Positions 1 to 7,231 of a stretch of DNA of 44,831 nt are shown one piece after another (the stretch's first letter is position 1; each line of letters starts with the position of its first letter). The stretch is from Parcubacteria group bacterium (GTDB lineage Bacteria > Patescibacteriota > JACQLU01), in contig JACQLU010000005.1 of the NCBI GenBank assembly GCA_016203935.1, positions 1 to 44,831 of the forward strand, written 5' to 3'. A program made the position numbers and the translations under genes. The notes beneath the pieces are model-generated. The model ran no database searches, had not been told where the DNA came from, and was given only the letters and a program-made list of their open reading frames with translations.

Positions 1-27
1 AATATAGAATTTAGAATTTTGGATATC

Positions 28-849
28 CTAAGCATGTTCCACCAAGGTTTCCCTGGATGATTCTCTTTCTTCTCCGTGATCCTGCGTTTCATGTCCAGCC
101 GTAGTAGCCAGCTTGATGAAAATGATCGTAAGCATCGCGAACACGAATGCTTGTACCACACCCACAAAAATCTCAAACGCGATAAACGGTACGGGGATGA
201 TGATCGGCACGAGCGCCGTCATCACTAAGAGGAGTACTTCGCCGGCAAAGATATTTCCAAAGAGACGAAAGGAGAATGAAACAATTTTGCCGAGTTCCGA
301 AATAAACTCAAGCACACCCACAAAAAAGTTGATCGGCGAAGAAAAATTAAGAAAACGCTTGGCGTATCGAAAGCCGCCCAGTGCGCGGATGCTCAGTATC
401 TGGGTGATAATAACTGAGATGAGTGCCAAGGCGATGGTAGTATTAAGATCGCTGGTCGCCGCACGGAAAAGCGGAATAAATTCAGTTTCTCCATCAATTG
501 ATTCTGCGCTCTGTCCTTCATGGGTAACAAAAAATCCTATCGAGCCGAAACCGGGCAGTAATCCCAACCAGTTATTGACGAGCACAAAGAAAAAGATCGT
601 AAGCACCAGCGGCAGCACTTTACTCGCGAGCTTGCGGTCATTCAATACCGAATCGACGAGGTTGATCCAGAATTCGATGAAAATCTCAACCGCGTTCTGA
701 AGTCCCCTCGGCACCAGCTGTGGCCTCTTAAGTGTGAGGGCAACACCGACAAGCAGCACTACCGCAATCCAGGCGGTGAGTAACGAATTGGTGATGGGTA
801 AGCCCAAGAATTCACCGAGCTTCTCTGCGATAATCGAAACGTGAATCAT
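28..849 (-). CDS. atpB: F0F1 ATP synthase subunit a
   Basis: 273-aa polytopic membrane ORF. It carries the a-subunit signature FRLFGNIFAGE (stator Arg) and NNWLGLLPGFGS. The stop is TAG at 28-30. The rest of the atp operon would lie left of the window. Confidence 0.9.
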   Translation of the reverse strand: MIHVSIIAEKLGEFLGLPITNSLLTAWIAVVLLVGVALTLKRPQLVPRGLQNAVEIFIEFWINLVDSVLNDRKLASKVLPLVLTIFFFVLVNNWLGLLPGFGSIGFFVTHEGQSAESIDGETEFIPLFRAATSDLNTTIALALISVIITQILSIRALGGFRYAKRFLNFSSPINFFVGVLEFISELGKIVSFSFRLFGNIFAGEVLLLVMTALVPIIIPVPFIAFEIFVGVVQAFVFAMLTIIFIKLATTAGHETQDHGEERESSRETLVEHA

Positions 850-1069
850 AGAGAGAGCAACAATAACTCCTCGCTTCTAAACCAAGAGCGGGGAGTTAAG
901 AAACCAAGGTTTAGTATACGTGGTTATCCCCTTGTTGGCAAGGGCGATTCATTTCCATTACACTATATAATAGCAGTAGAAAAGATCCCATTCGTGTGGA
1001 GGAGATAAAGAGCGGGGAGTCAAACACACGAGAACACGAATCTACATGAATCGCAACTAACGACTACCC

Positions 1070-1231
1070 ATGGTTGATACCAAACCTCTTATTATCGGCG
1101 CGGTGGTAGGACTGCTCCTCTTTATCGGAAGTCTTATCGCCGGCTTTGGCGCCTTTAGTTTCGTGCTCGGCTTCTTTGGCGGAGTGCTCACCGTGCTTTT
1201 GACCGTAACCATGCAACGGGATAAATGGTAG
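1070..1231 (+). CDS. small hydrophobic protein, 53 aa (below the ORF-track cutoff)
   Basis: ATG at 1070 to TAG at 1229-1231. Translation: MVDTKPLIIGAVVGLLLFIGSLIAGFGAFSFVLGFFGGVLTVLLTVTMQRDKW, two Gly/Leu-rich TM-like segments. It is more protein-like than the Arg/Ser/Pro-rich 73-aa antisense ORF 1057..1278. No clear Shine-Dalgarno (SD) sequence. Confidence 0.3.
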   Translation: MVDTKPLIIGAVVGLLLFIGSLIAGFGAFSFVLGFFGGVLTVLLTVTMQRDKW

Positions 1232-1256
1232 TAAACCGATCCCAATCTACCAATAG

Positions 1257-1343
1257 ATCCGAATGCCCCCAATGTCATCCGAATCTACAAATGTCTGATC
1301 CGAATTATTCGTATCATTCGGATGTAATTCGTAGCATTCGGAT
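1257..1343. repeat. cluster of ATCCGAAT (x3) and inverted ATTCGGAT (x2) octamers
   Basis: ATCCGAAT at 1257, 1277 and 1298. ATTCGGAT at 1316 and 1336. There is also a near-tandem 17-mer, ATTCGTA(T/G)CATTCGGAT, twice. The cluster lies between the convergent ends of the 1070..1231 ORF and the 1353..2642 gene and can form several alternative hairpins. Confidence 0.7.
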
Positions 1344-1352
1344 CGCTTCTTG

Positions 1353-2642
1353 CTAAGAAACAAGCTGGGTAGCAAAATCTCTCTCTACCCTCTCCGCCAC
1401 TTCCATCGCCCGGTCGGCGTACCACACAAAGGCAGGATCCTCCCAGTTACCTCCGGCGAAATAGCGGCCGGCCGCGGCGCGTTCGGCACCAAAATCTCCC
1501 TCGGCTGCGCCCATTCGCTTAAGCATCATTGCGGCACCGAAAAACGCATCTCCAATATCCCAAGGAGAGACAATGGTTTTATTGGAAAGCTCCGCTATCT
1601 CCGGCGCAATCCTTGTCCAGTTATTGGGCATGATCTGCGCCGGCCCCATCGCCCCACCCCACCCGGGATACGATTTGGGTTTGGCCGAGACTGGAGTCTC
1701 ATCGGGATTTAAACCAAGTCCCTCGGTAATCCGCAAAAATGACGCCCATTGTGAAGGCGCCATATCAGTTTTATAGCGCCCCGAACCGGTAAATCTTCCG
1801 AGCCTACTCTCTTGATGTACAATGGCGGCGATGAGCGCGGGACGCACGCCGGTGGCCTCGCCGGCCCGCTTCGCAAGACTGATCGCCTCCTCCCAAGGAA
1901 GCGATTTTTCGAATTCGCTTTTAGCCAGCGCCGCAATCTCAGAAACCAAGTCACGATAAAAGTCACGAGCCTGCACCACTGCCGCTTTCAAGGAGGTTTT
2001 GCGACTACGAGTTTGAGCCAAGAGCGCTTCTTGGGAGGTTCGTTGTTCGTCAAGCTGCGCCTCCTCGTCCATGAGGCGGCGTGCAATGCCGCTTTGCTCA
2101 AGTTCACCCCGTTCTAGTAGTCGGCGTTTTTGGGTCAATTCCTCTTTAAAGTCCTGAATACGGGTAAGGCTTGCATGAACCTCATTTTGGATGGAACGCG
2201 TCTCGCCGATCGGCTTAAAAAAGCCGCTTACCGTATCTTCTCCCAATATAAGGTAGGTAAGCGGTCGTCGTTCAAAGAGATAGAGCTCGCGCATAAAGCC
2301 GGCGAGGACCGCCTTCTCGTGCTGGATGCGCGTCTCGGTCGAGGTAATCTCCTTCTTCACCTCCATGATCTCTCCTTGAATCCGGGTAAGCTCCTTCTGG
2401 GCAAGCTCGATCTCTCCTTGGGTCTTCTCGATCTCTAAAGAAAGTTGAGTAATGAGTTCGCTTGCCGAACGTACAGTCTTATCACTCGCGATGATATCGA
2501 ACTCGAGGAGCTTAATGGTCTGGGTTATTTCTGAAAGCTTCTCGCGTTTCTCGGTGAGGGTATCAGCGCGTACAGTAAAAAGAGGAGAGACGAACACTCC
2601 TTGCAGGAGCAAAAACGTAAGGAGAGTACTAAATGATTTCAC
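1353..2642 (-). CDS. secreted coiled-coil protein with C-terminal MltB/SLT_2-like lytic transglycosylase domain
   Basis: N-terminal signal-like segment (FSTLLTFLLLQGVFVSPLF). About 230 aa of heptad-like E/K/L/Q-rich sequence. C-terminal motifs AAIVHQESRLG (catalytic Glu-Ser) and GGAMGPAQIMPNNW (GAMGxxQFxPxxW-type). GTG start at 2642. Confidence 0.7.
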   Translation of the reverse strand: MKSFSTLLTFLLLQGVFVSPLFTVRADTLTEKREKLSEITQTIKLLEFDIIASDKTVRSASELITQLSLEIEKTQGEIELAQKELTRIQGEIMEVKKEITSTETRIQHEKAVLAGFMRELYLFERRPLTYLILGEDTVSGFFKPIGETRSIQNEVHASLTRIQDFKEELTQKRRLLERGELEQSGIARRLMDEEAQLDEQRTSQEALLAQTRSRKTSLKAAVVQARDFYRDLVSEIAALAKSEFEKSLPWEEAISLAKRAGEATGVRPALIAAIVHQESRLGRFTGSGRYKTDMAPSQWASFLRITEGLGLNPDETPVSAKPKSYPGWGGAMGPAQIMPNNWTRIAPEIAELSNKTIVSPWDIGDAFFGAAMMLKRMGAAEGDFGAERAAAGRYFAGGNWEDPAFVWYADRAMEVAERVERDFATQLVS

Positions 2643-2717
2643 GGGTAGAAGAGATTCTCTCTATTTTTCTCTGTCTCTACTATAATAAATAGAGGCTGTT
2701 CTGATAAGAGAACGAAA

Positions 2718-2742
2718 TCACACCCACCAAAGATGGGTGTGA
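2718..2742 (-). terminator. rho-independent terminator after the YVTN gene
   Basis: Minus strand reads CACACCCA-TCTTTGG-TGGGTGTG followed by ATTTCGTTCTCTT. It sits 47 nt after the stop at 2789. Confidence 0.6.
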
Positions 2743-2788
2743 ACTAAGGGTTTCTTTGCATAGTCACCTCCCCTGATTCAAGACCATA

Positions 2789-3832
2789 CTACTCATGGCG
2801 ACTCATGACCGTTACCGTGTCATCGCCACTATTAGCCACATAAATCTTGGATCCGTTGGGAAGCGCCGCCACTGCAAAAGGATTGAGTCCTGCAGTGACC
2901 ATCCCCTCCACGCGCGTGCCGATCGTTTGCACGACACTCACCTGTCCGGGTACGCCGGGCTCCGAACGATGTGCGACATAGAGAAAACCATCGCCCCCCA
3001 CCTGACTTAACGCATAGGGATAGATGCCCAATTGGATTCCCCCCTCCACGGAGAGTGTCACAAGGTTTATCACCCAGAGCCCCTCATTGAGACCATCAAC
3101 CACATAGGCATACCGTCCGTTTGTGGAGAGACTGATATCGGTGAGCCTCGTGAGTCTAGAAAGAATCAATTCCTCCACTACCCTCCTCTCTCTGATGTCC
3201 ACGACACTGAGGCGCCTCCCCACCGATTGCACCACGTAGAGGAATCTTCCGTCCGGGGAGAGCGCGAGAGAGTGTGGATGCGAACCGATCAGGATTCTGC
3301 TTTCCAGCTCTGCCTTAACAAGGTTAATCACATCGACCCAACCAGAGGCACTGCAGGCGATAAACGCGAGCGTACTATCGGTGGAGATGGCAATTCGCAA
3401 TGGGATGGCCCCAATACGTATACCCCTCCGCAGCTGTCCTGATGCAGCGTCGAAGATGAGCGCGTGACCAGACCCATTAGGACGTGAGCCGACCACGATG
3501 AGCGTCGTCCCGTCCGGCGCCACTGCGAGACTCGTAGCTCTCCGTATAGGCCACGTGTAGTAGGTGGCGATCACTCCATCGAGCTCGGTATCCACCACAC
3601 TGATAGTGTGGCTCCGCGCGTTGAGGACGAAGAGCCGATCCCCACTCGGTGTCACCGCAAGGAAGTTTGGTTCATCTCCCACTGCGATGGTGTTCACGAC
3701 CTCAGGCGGCGGGTGTTCGATCCGGAAAAGTTCTTCTGCCGTAAAGTTGAGAGACGAAACCGTCTCTAGAGAGCTTGTGTTCGCTACTCCAATCCACGAA
3801 AAAACTAACACTGCGGCCACTATCCGCTTCAT
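2789..3832 (-). CDS. secreted YVTN-repeat beta-propeller protein
   Basis: Signal peptide (MKRIVAAVLVFSWIGVANT). Repeated units of the type LFVLNARSHTISVVD, LYVVQSVGRRLSVVD, AYVVDGLNEGLWVIN and IYVANSGDDTVTVM. GGAGG lies 8 nt upstream of the ATG. Confidence 0.75.
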   Translation of the reverse strand: MKRIVAAVLVFSWIGVANTSSLETVSSLNFTAEELFRIEHPPPEVVNTIAVGDEPNFLAVTPSGDRLFVLNARSHTISVVDTELDGVIATYYTWPIRRATSLAVAPDGTTLIVVGSRPNGSGHALIFDAASGQLRRGIRIGAIPLRIAISTDSTLAFIACSASGWVDVINLVKAELESRILIGSHPHSLALSPDGRFLYVVQSVGRRLSVVDIRERRVVEELILSRLTRLTDISLSTNGRYAYVVDGLNEGLWVINLVTLSVEGGIQLGIYPYALSQVGGDGFLYVAHRSEPGVPGQVSVVQTIGTRVEGMVTAGLNPFAVAALPNGSKIYVANSGDDTVTVMSRHE

Positions 3833-3855
3833 TATCCGTACCTCCTTTTTTGTTT

Positions 3856-3884
3856 ACCGTACTCTGCATTGAGTAATTTGTCAA
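3856..3884 (-). promoter_or_regulatory. candidate sigma-70-type promoter for the YVTN gene
   Basis: Minus strand: TTGACA (3884-3879), 17-nt spacer, TACGGT (3861-3856), then AAAAAAGGAGG and the ATG at 3832. It shares the ATTTTGACAAA context with the promoter candidate at 5058-5083. Confidence 0.45.
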
Positions 3885-3904
3885 AATTTTGCGGAACTAG
3901 GGCG

Positions 3905-3929
3905 CTTTGAGGAGAGGAATGCCTCAAAG
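3905..3929 (-). terminator. 8-bp perfect hairpin closing the 3957-5024 cassette (no U-tract)
   Basis: CTTTGAGG-agaggaatg-CCTCAAAG. It lies between the end of the small ORF (3957) and the next -35 box (3879-3884). With no T-run on the minus strand, terminator function is uncertain. Confidence 0.35.
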
Positions 3930-3956
3930 AAAAAGAGCTCGCGATCTCATCTTTGA

Positions 3957-4124
3957 TCACGAGCCCTCTTGGTAGTCTGCCAGTGTCTCCCACACACCGA
4001 GCAGACCATTCGGAAATGTATTGTTCCGCAATATGCCTGTTTCGCGCTGGCATCTCCGACAGTAGTGCGGTGGAAATTGGACGGCATTAACTTTTCTACG
4101 AAGTCGCCGCTTTTGCGCTCGCAA
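3957..4124 (-). CDS. small basic protein, 55 aa, TTG start (hypothetical)
   Basis: AAGGAGGG follows the TGA of the upstream ORF directly (4128-4135), with TTG at 4124 (4-5 nt spacing). Translation: (M)RAQKRRLRRKVNAVQFPPHYCRRCQRETGILRNNTFPNGLLGVWETLADYQEGS. Same frame as track ORF 3957..4160. Confidence 0.35.
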   Translation of the reverse strand: MRAQKRRLRRKVNAVQFPPHYCRRCQRETGILRNNTFPNGLLGVWETLADYQEGS

Positions 4125-4135
4125 TAGCCCTCCTT

Positions 4136-4558
4136 TCAGAGATCGAATCCCCATGTGCAAGGAAGACAGAGTAGGCCGTATTCACGATGGTCATCGGGAA
4201 GATCCCTAATGACCATCTCTCCTTCGGCATCAGTAAAACCTTCGTGCGGGGACAACACTTCGCCAATTCCCCCCTGTGCATCAACGAGGAAAGGTGTCAT
4301 CCGGTGCCCCTCGATAAATCTCGAAAGCATTCTTCCGCACCCCATCTCTTCGAGCGCCCGCTTGAGCTCCATCGCGGGCCTAATAGTTACCCACGCGTCG
4401 TGACGGTTGTTCTGGTTTACCTCGGGACGAACCCCGAGGCGAAGGTGCCTGCCCGCAATAAATACCACCCTTCCTAATTGGAAATGCAGCCGGGGAGATG
4501 CCTCTACGAGCTCATCTCGAGATCCTCGCATTAAAGCAGAGAGTCTCTCTACACTCAT
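4136..4558 (-). CDS. hypothetical protein, paralog A of cassette
   Basis: The track ORF runs to 4579, but GGAGGAG sits 6-8 nt before the second ATG (MSVERLS..., 4558). It shares the motif AQGGI...(I/L)R(D/S)LPD(D/G)DHRE...LLC with ORF 4659..5024. I recognise no known family. Confidence 0.6.
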   Translation of the reverse strand: MSVERLSALMRGSRDELVEASPRLHFQLGRVVFIAGRHLRLGVRPEVNQNNRHDAWVTIRPAMELKRALEEMGCGRMLSRFIEGHRMTPFLVDAQGGIGEVLSPHEGFTDAEGEMVIRDLPDDHREYGLLCLPCTWGFDL

Positions 4559-4658
4559 GGTCTTCTCCTCCTTCCCCATCCTTTATCACTCTTTCATAGT
4601 AGTAAGTCAACTAATAGAGAACCGCCGAGCCTATGCCCGGCGGGAAATTGCCATCGAT

Positions 4659-5024
4659 TCACCTCCTAGCAAGCGGTTTGAGCGGGACTAGTTTATACGT
4701 ATGATCACATAGCAGTTTTGTATTGAAACCCCGCCCATCCTTGTTGGCGGTAATGAGTTCACGATGGTCGCCATCGGGAAGACTCCTGAGTTCCAGTTGG
4801 ATACCGCCAACGGAAAACATGTTGATGCCCCCCTGAGCTTCGAGCCGTACCTCGACAGTAAAGTTACGATCGGGGCTACGCCGACAGCGGCTCGCAGTGA
4901 TATGTATTCTCACGGGATCACTTGAGAGCCTTGTGTTCGTCGAGGGACCAACCTCTAGAGACGTAAGTACCTCATTGAGTGCCTCAAGAATGGTTGCTCT
5001 TCCCTCGCTGACTGCGTTGCTCAT
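4659..5024 (-). CDS. hypothetical protein, paralog B of cassette
   Basis: 121 aa. GAGGAGGGG sits 2-3 nt upstream of the ATG at 5024. It shares the EAQGGI / LRSLPDGDHRE / KLLCDH segments with ORF 4136..4558. Confidence 0.6.
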   Translation of the reverse strand: MSNAVSEGRATILEALNEVLTSLEVGPSTNTRLSSDPVRIHITASRCRRSPDRNFTVEVRLEAQGGINMFSVGGIQLELRSLPDGDHRELITANKDGRGFNTKLLCDHTYKLVPLKPLARR

Positions 5025-5057
5025 AACCCCTCCTCTTTCCTAATTTGACAGCACATT

Positions 5058-5083
5058 ATTATACTAAGCGAATTGTTTGTCAA
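5058..5083 (-). promoter_or_regulatory. candidate sigma-70-type promoter for the 5024-3957 cassette
   Basis: Minus strand: perfect TTGACA (5083-5078) and perfect TATAAT (5063-5058). Spacing is only 14 nt. The alternative AATAAT has 17-nt spacing. It is followed by the GGAGG and the ATG at 5024. Confidence 0.5.
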
Positions 5084-5086
5084 AAT

Positions 5087-5112
5087 GAAAGCCCCATCGA
5101 GATGGGGTCTTT
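5087..5112 (-). terminator. hairpin terminator (usable in both directions)
   Basis: GAAAG-CCCCAT-CGAG-ATGGGG-TCTTT. On the minus strand it is followed by CTTTCATTTT. It lies about 220 nt downstream of the stop of the 611-aa gene and just upstream of the cassette promoter. Confidence 0.5.
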
Positions 5113-5331
5113 AATATCTATAGGAGCAACATTACAAAAGTCCCAGATAATCCAACCCTAAATATGCCACCTCGACATCCGTAAGTCGCCCCTCTCGTAG
5201 CCACTTCCGAAATTCGGAGAGAGGCTTTAACACAACTTTAGCAAATTCGTTCTCAAACTGCGCTGGCTCACCCACTTTTCTACAATCAATTCTCCGTGTC
5301 CTCGAAGCTAGCAGCCGTCATGGAACGAGAT

Positions 5332-7167
5332 TTACTCAATACTATAGAGATCACTCACTATTGGGAATTCGCCGGCGATGGATGAACCGGCTGACAGAGT
5401 TGGATGCGCCACTACATCATCAGCCGTCTCGATGCCTAGGATAAAGTAATCACCGATCGGCGCATTCGGCGCAATGGTGCCGACAATGTTAAGTTGTCGG
5501 CTCGTGCCTGCCGGAATCGTCCAACCAAGGTTCAAAAAAGTGACCCGTGGGCTAGTAGCATCAAACGTACCTACACTGCCCACAATACTCCCCTGATCCT
5601 CGAGCCACACGCTGCTGAAATCTGGATCGCTAGAGGTGCCGTCGTGAGTTACCGTAATGGCGTCGAGCACGTAATCGGCTGCCGGATCGCCGTCAAAACG
5701 AACCGACATAACGACGAACGATCCAATAGCGCTGGATACCGTCCGAAACAATATCTCCGATGGTTCCAGCGGTACGAATGAGAGAGTAAGTTGACTTGAG
5801 GGAAAGGAGGGGTCGTAAGGAAGCACCGTATGCGTGGTTCCAAAAGCCGGAAAATTTCCCATGACGGCCGTGGGTAGATCGGCCGCTGCGGTAAAGACGA
5901 TATCGCTGGGCGAGGAAATCCCAAATGCGACCGTGCCCACTTGAGGAATATCGAGGCTAAATTTCGCTCTTATAGTAAGTGTGTTGGTGTTTCCCGCCGG
6001 CACTACCCAATTGAGGTTCGGAAATGAGGTACGTTTCGTTCCGCCGGCGGGCGACGAGGCCAAGAGCGTGTGAACCTCAAAGAGTCCTATCTCGACATAG
6101 AAATACTCAACCGTTCCCGTGTATTCCACGGTCAGCGACTGCACGGTGATATCTGTTTCGGGCGGCGCTGAAAAATCAACTTTGGTGACATCTCCAAAGG
6201 TGGTGGAGTTGAGAAAGGCAATGGCTCCCGGCGATAACGGAGACGTACTCACACTCAAGGTAGCTCTATTGGCGGGGATAACCACATTCTCATTGAGCGC
6301 GCCTCTCGTGTATGCGCCAACATCTGCGGCTACGATGGCGGGGTGATCGCCGGCTACCTTTTGGAGCGTGACCACATCGGGAATATACCGCTTGGTCGCC
6401 CCATCGATAAGGAAGAGGTCTCGACTCGCACTGGAAGTATCTTGAATAAGGGTACCAAACGGGTATCCCATGGTGTAGCCTTCGACAAAACCGGCGACGA
6501 CGTCATCTGGCAACGTAATAATGGCTCGTCCGTCGCGATTCGCCGCTAACACGTCAAGATCCGGGTATCGCCGTTTAATCGTGCCCCACAGCTCGTATAC
6601 GGTATCACTCGAAGCCCCTCTGACAACGAGACCGCTTGGATAAAAAATATTAGAGATTGGTTCTGCTTCCTGATAGAAGGTTGCGACATCGGTCTCGATA
6701 AATCCCTTTACCGACCCGCCAAACTTCTCATACAGCTCGATCGTGGGGACCCAGCGGAGATAGTATCGCCCGTCGATTTTATCGGTCATGTAGATTTTTG
6801 GATCATGGGGGCGCTTCACAAACGTACCGACCGGATACCCTACTTCTATACCTGGTGGAGAGAGCAGCGATAATTCTTCCGAAGTTGCCGGAAGAATGGG
6901 GCGACCACGTTGTATCGCGAGCAGAATAGAAGGGTTAGGAACTCTATGGAGACGACCTCCGCTCACTTCCCACACATCGGTCTTCCCCGCCTCTTGTACC
7001 AACACGCCGTTGGGAAAGATAAAACCCGCGGCGTGCGCGTCCGATGGGAATTTCATGAAAGACAGAACGAGTAGAAACGAGGAACAAACAGTTACGAAGT
7101 GTCGCTCAAACTTCCACTGAGACACCATACGTTTGTGAAAATTGCTATCACCCTCAATATAGACCAT
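5332..7167 (-). CDS. secreted repeat-containing surface protein (hypothetical)
   Basis: 611 aa. Signal-like segment VTVCSSFLLVLSFMKFPSDAHA. Four tandem 65-85-aa repeats, three ending in GYP and one in FYP, then two beta-sandwich-like modules. The true start may be the internal MVSQWK (7128). Confidence 0.65.
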   Translation of the reverse strand: MVYIEGDSNFHKRMVSQWKFERHFVTVCSSFLLVLSFMKFPSDAHAAGFIFPNGVLVQEAGKTDVWEVSGGRLHRVPNPSILLAIQRGRPILPATSEELSLLSPPGIEVGYPVGTFVKRPHDPKIYMTDKIDGRYYLRWVPTIELYEKFGGSVKGFIETDVATFYQEAEPISNIFYPSGLVVRGASSDTVYELWGTIKRRYPDLDVLAANRDGRAIITLPDDVVAGFVEGYTMGYPFGTLIQDTSSASRDLFLIDGATKRYIPDVVTLQKVAGDHPAIVAADVGAYTRGALNENVVIPANRATLSVSTSPLSPGAIAFLNSTTFGDVTKVDFSAPPETDITVQSLTVEYTGTVEYFYVEIGLFEVHTLLASSPAGGTKRTSFPNLNWVVPAGNTNTLTIRAKFSLDIPQVGTVAFGISSPSDIVFTAAADLPTAVMGNFPAFGTTHTVLPYDPSFPSSQLTLSFVPLEPSEILFRTVSSAIGSFVVMSVRFDGDPAADYVLDAITVTHDGTSSDPDFSSVWLEDQGSIVGSVGTFDATSPRVTFLNLGWTIPAGTSRQLNIVGTIAPNAPIGDYFILGIETADDVVAHPTLSAGSSIAGEFPIVSDLYSIE

Positions 7168-7180
7168 TGTGAAGAACTAG

Positions 7181-7207
7181 AAAACCCCGCGGTGGGTACG
7201 GGGTTTT
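7181..7207 (-). terminator. rho-independent terminator after the sigma/anti-sigma operon
   Basis: AAAACCCCG-9 nt loop-CGGGGTTTT. It starts 25 nt after the stop at 7232. A U-run is part of, and follows, the 3' arm on the minus strand. Confidence 0.65.
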
Positions 7208-7231
7208 CTCTTTAGAACTGATGATGAATAC

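Noticed and set aside
113-700. 195-aa plus-strand ORF opposite atpB. Similar long antisense ORFs occur elsewhere: 17684..18349, 17802..18452, 21505..22404, 25686..26240, 26322..26858, 29310..29945, 31507..32016, 32122..32655, 32813..33604, 11264..11821 and 10538..11047.
   Set aside because: Each lies entirely antisense to a gene with strong family motifs. Their translations are Arg/Ser/Pro/Gly-rich and low-complexity, typical of shadow ORFs.
1057-1278. 73-aa minus-strand ORF in the atpB upstream region.
   Set aside because: Its composition is Pro/Ser/Lys/Arg-rich. The opposite strand encodes a more convincing 53-aa two-TM peptide, although that one is itself only low confidence.
5146-5289. 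47-aa GTG-initiated minus-strand ORF (VGEPAQFENEFAKVVLKPLSEFRKWLREGRLTDVEVAYLGLDYLGLL), downstream of the 611-aa gene.
   Set aside because: It looks protein-like and could be a gene remnant. However, it has only a GTG start and no convincing RBS, and its size is below anything I can support without homology searches.
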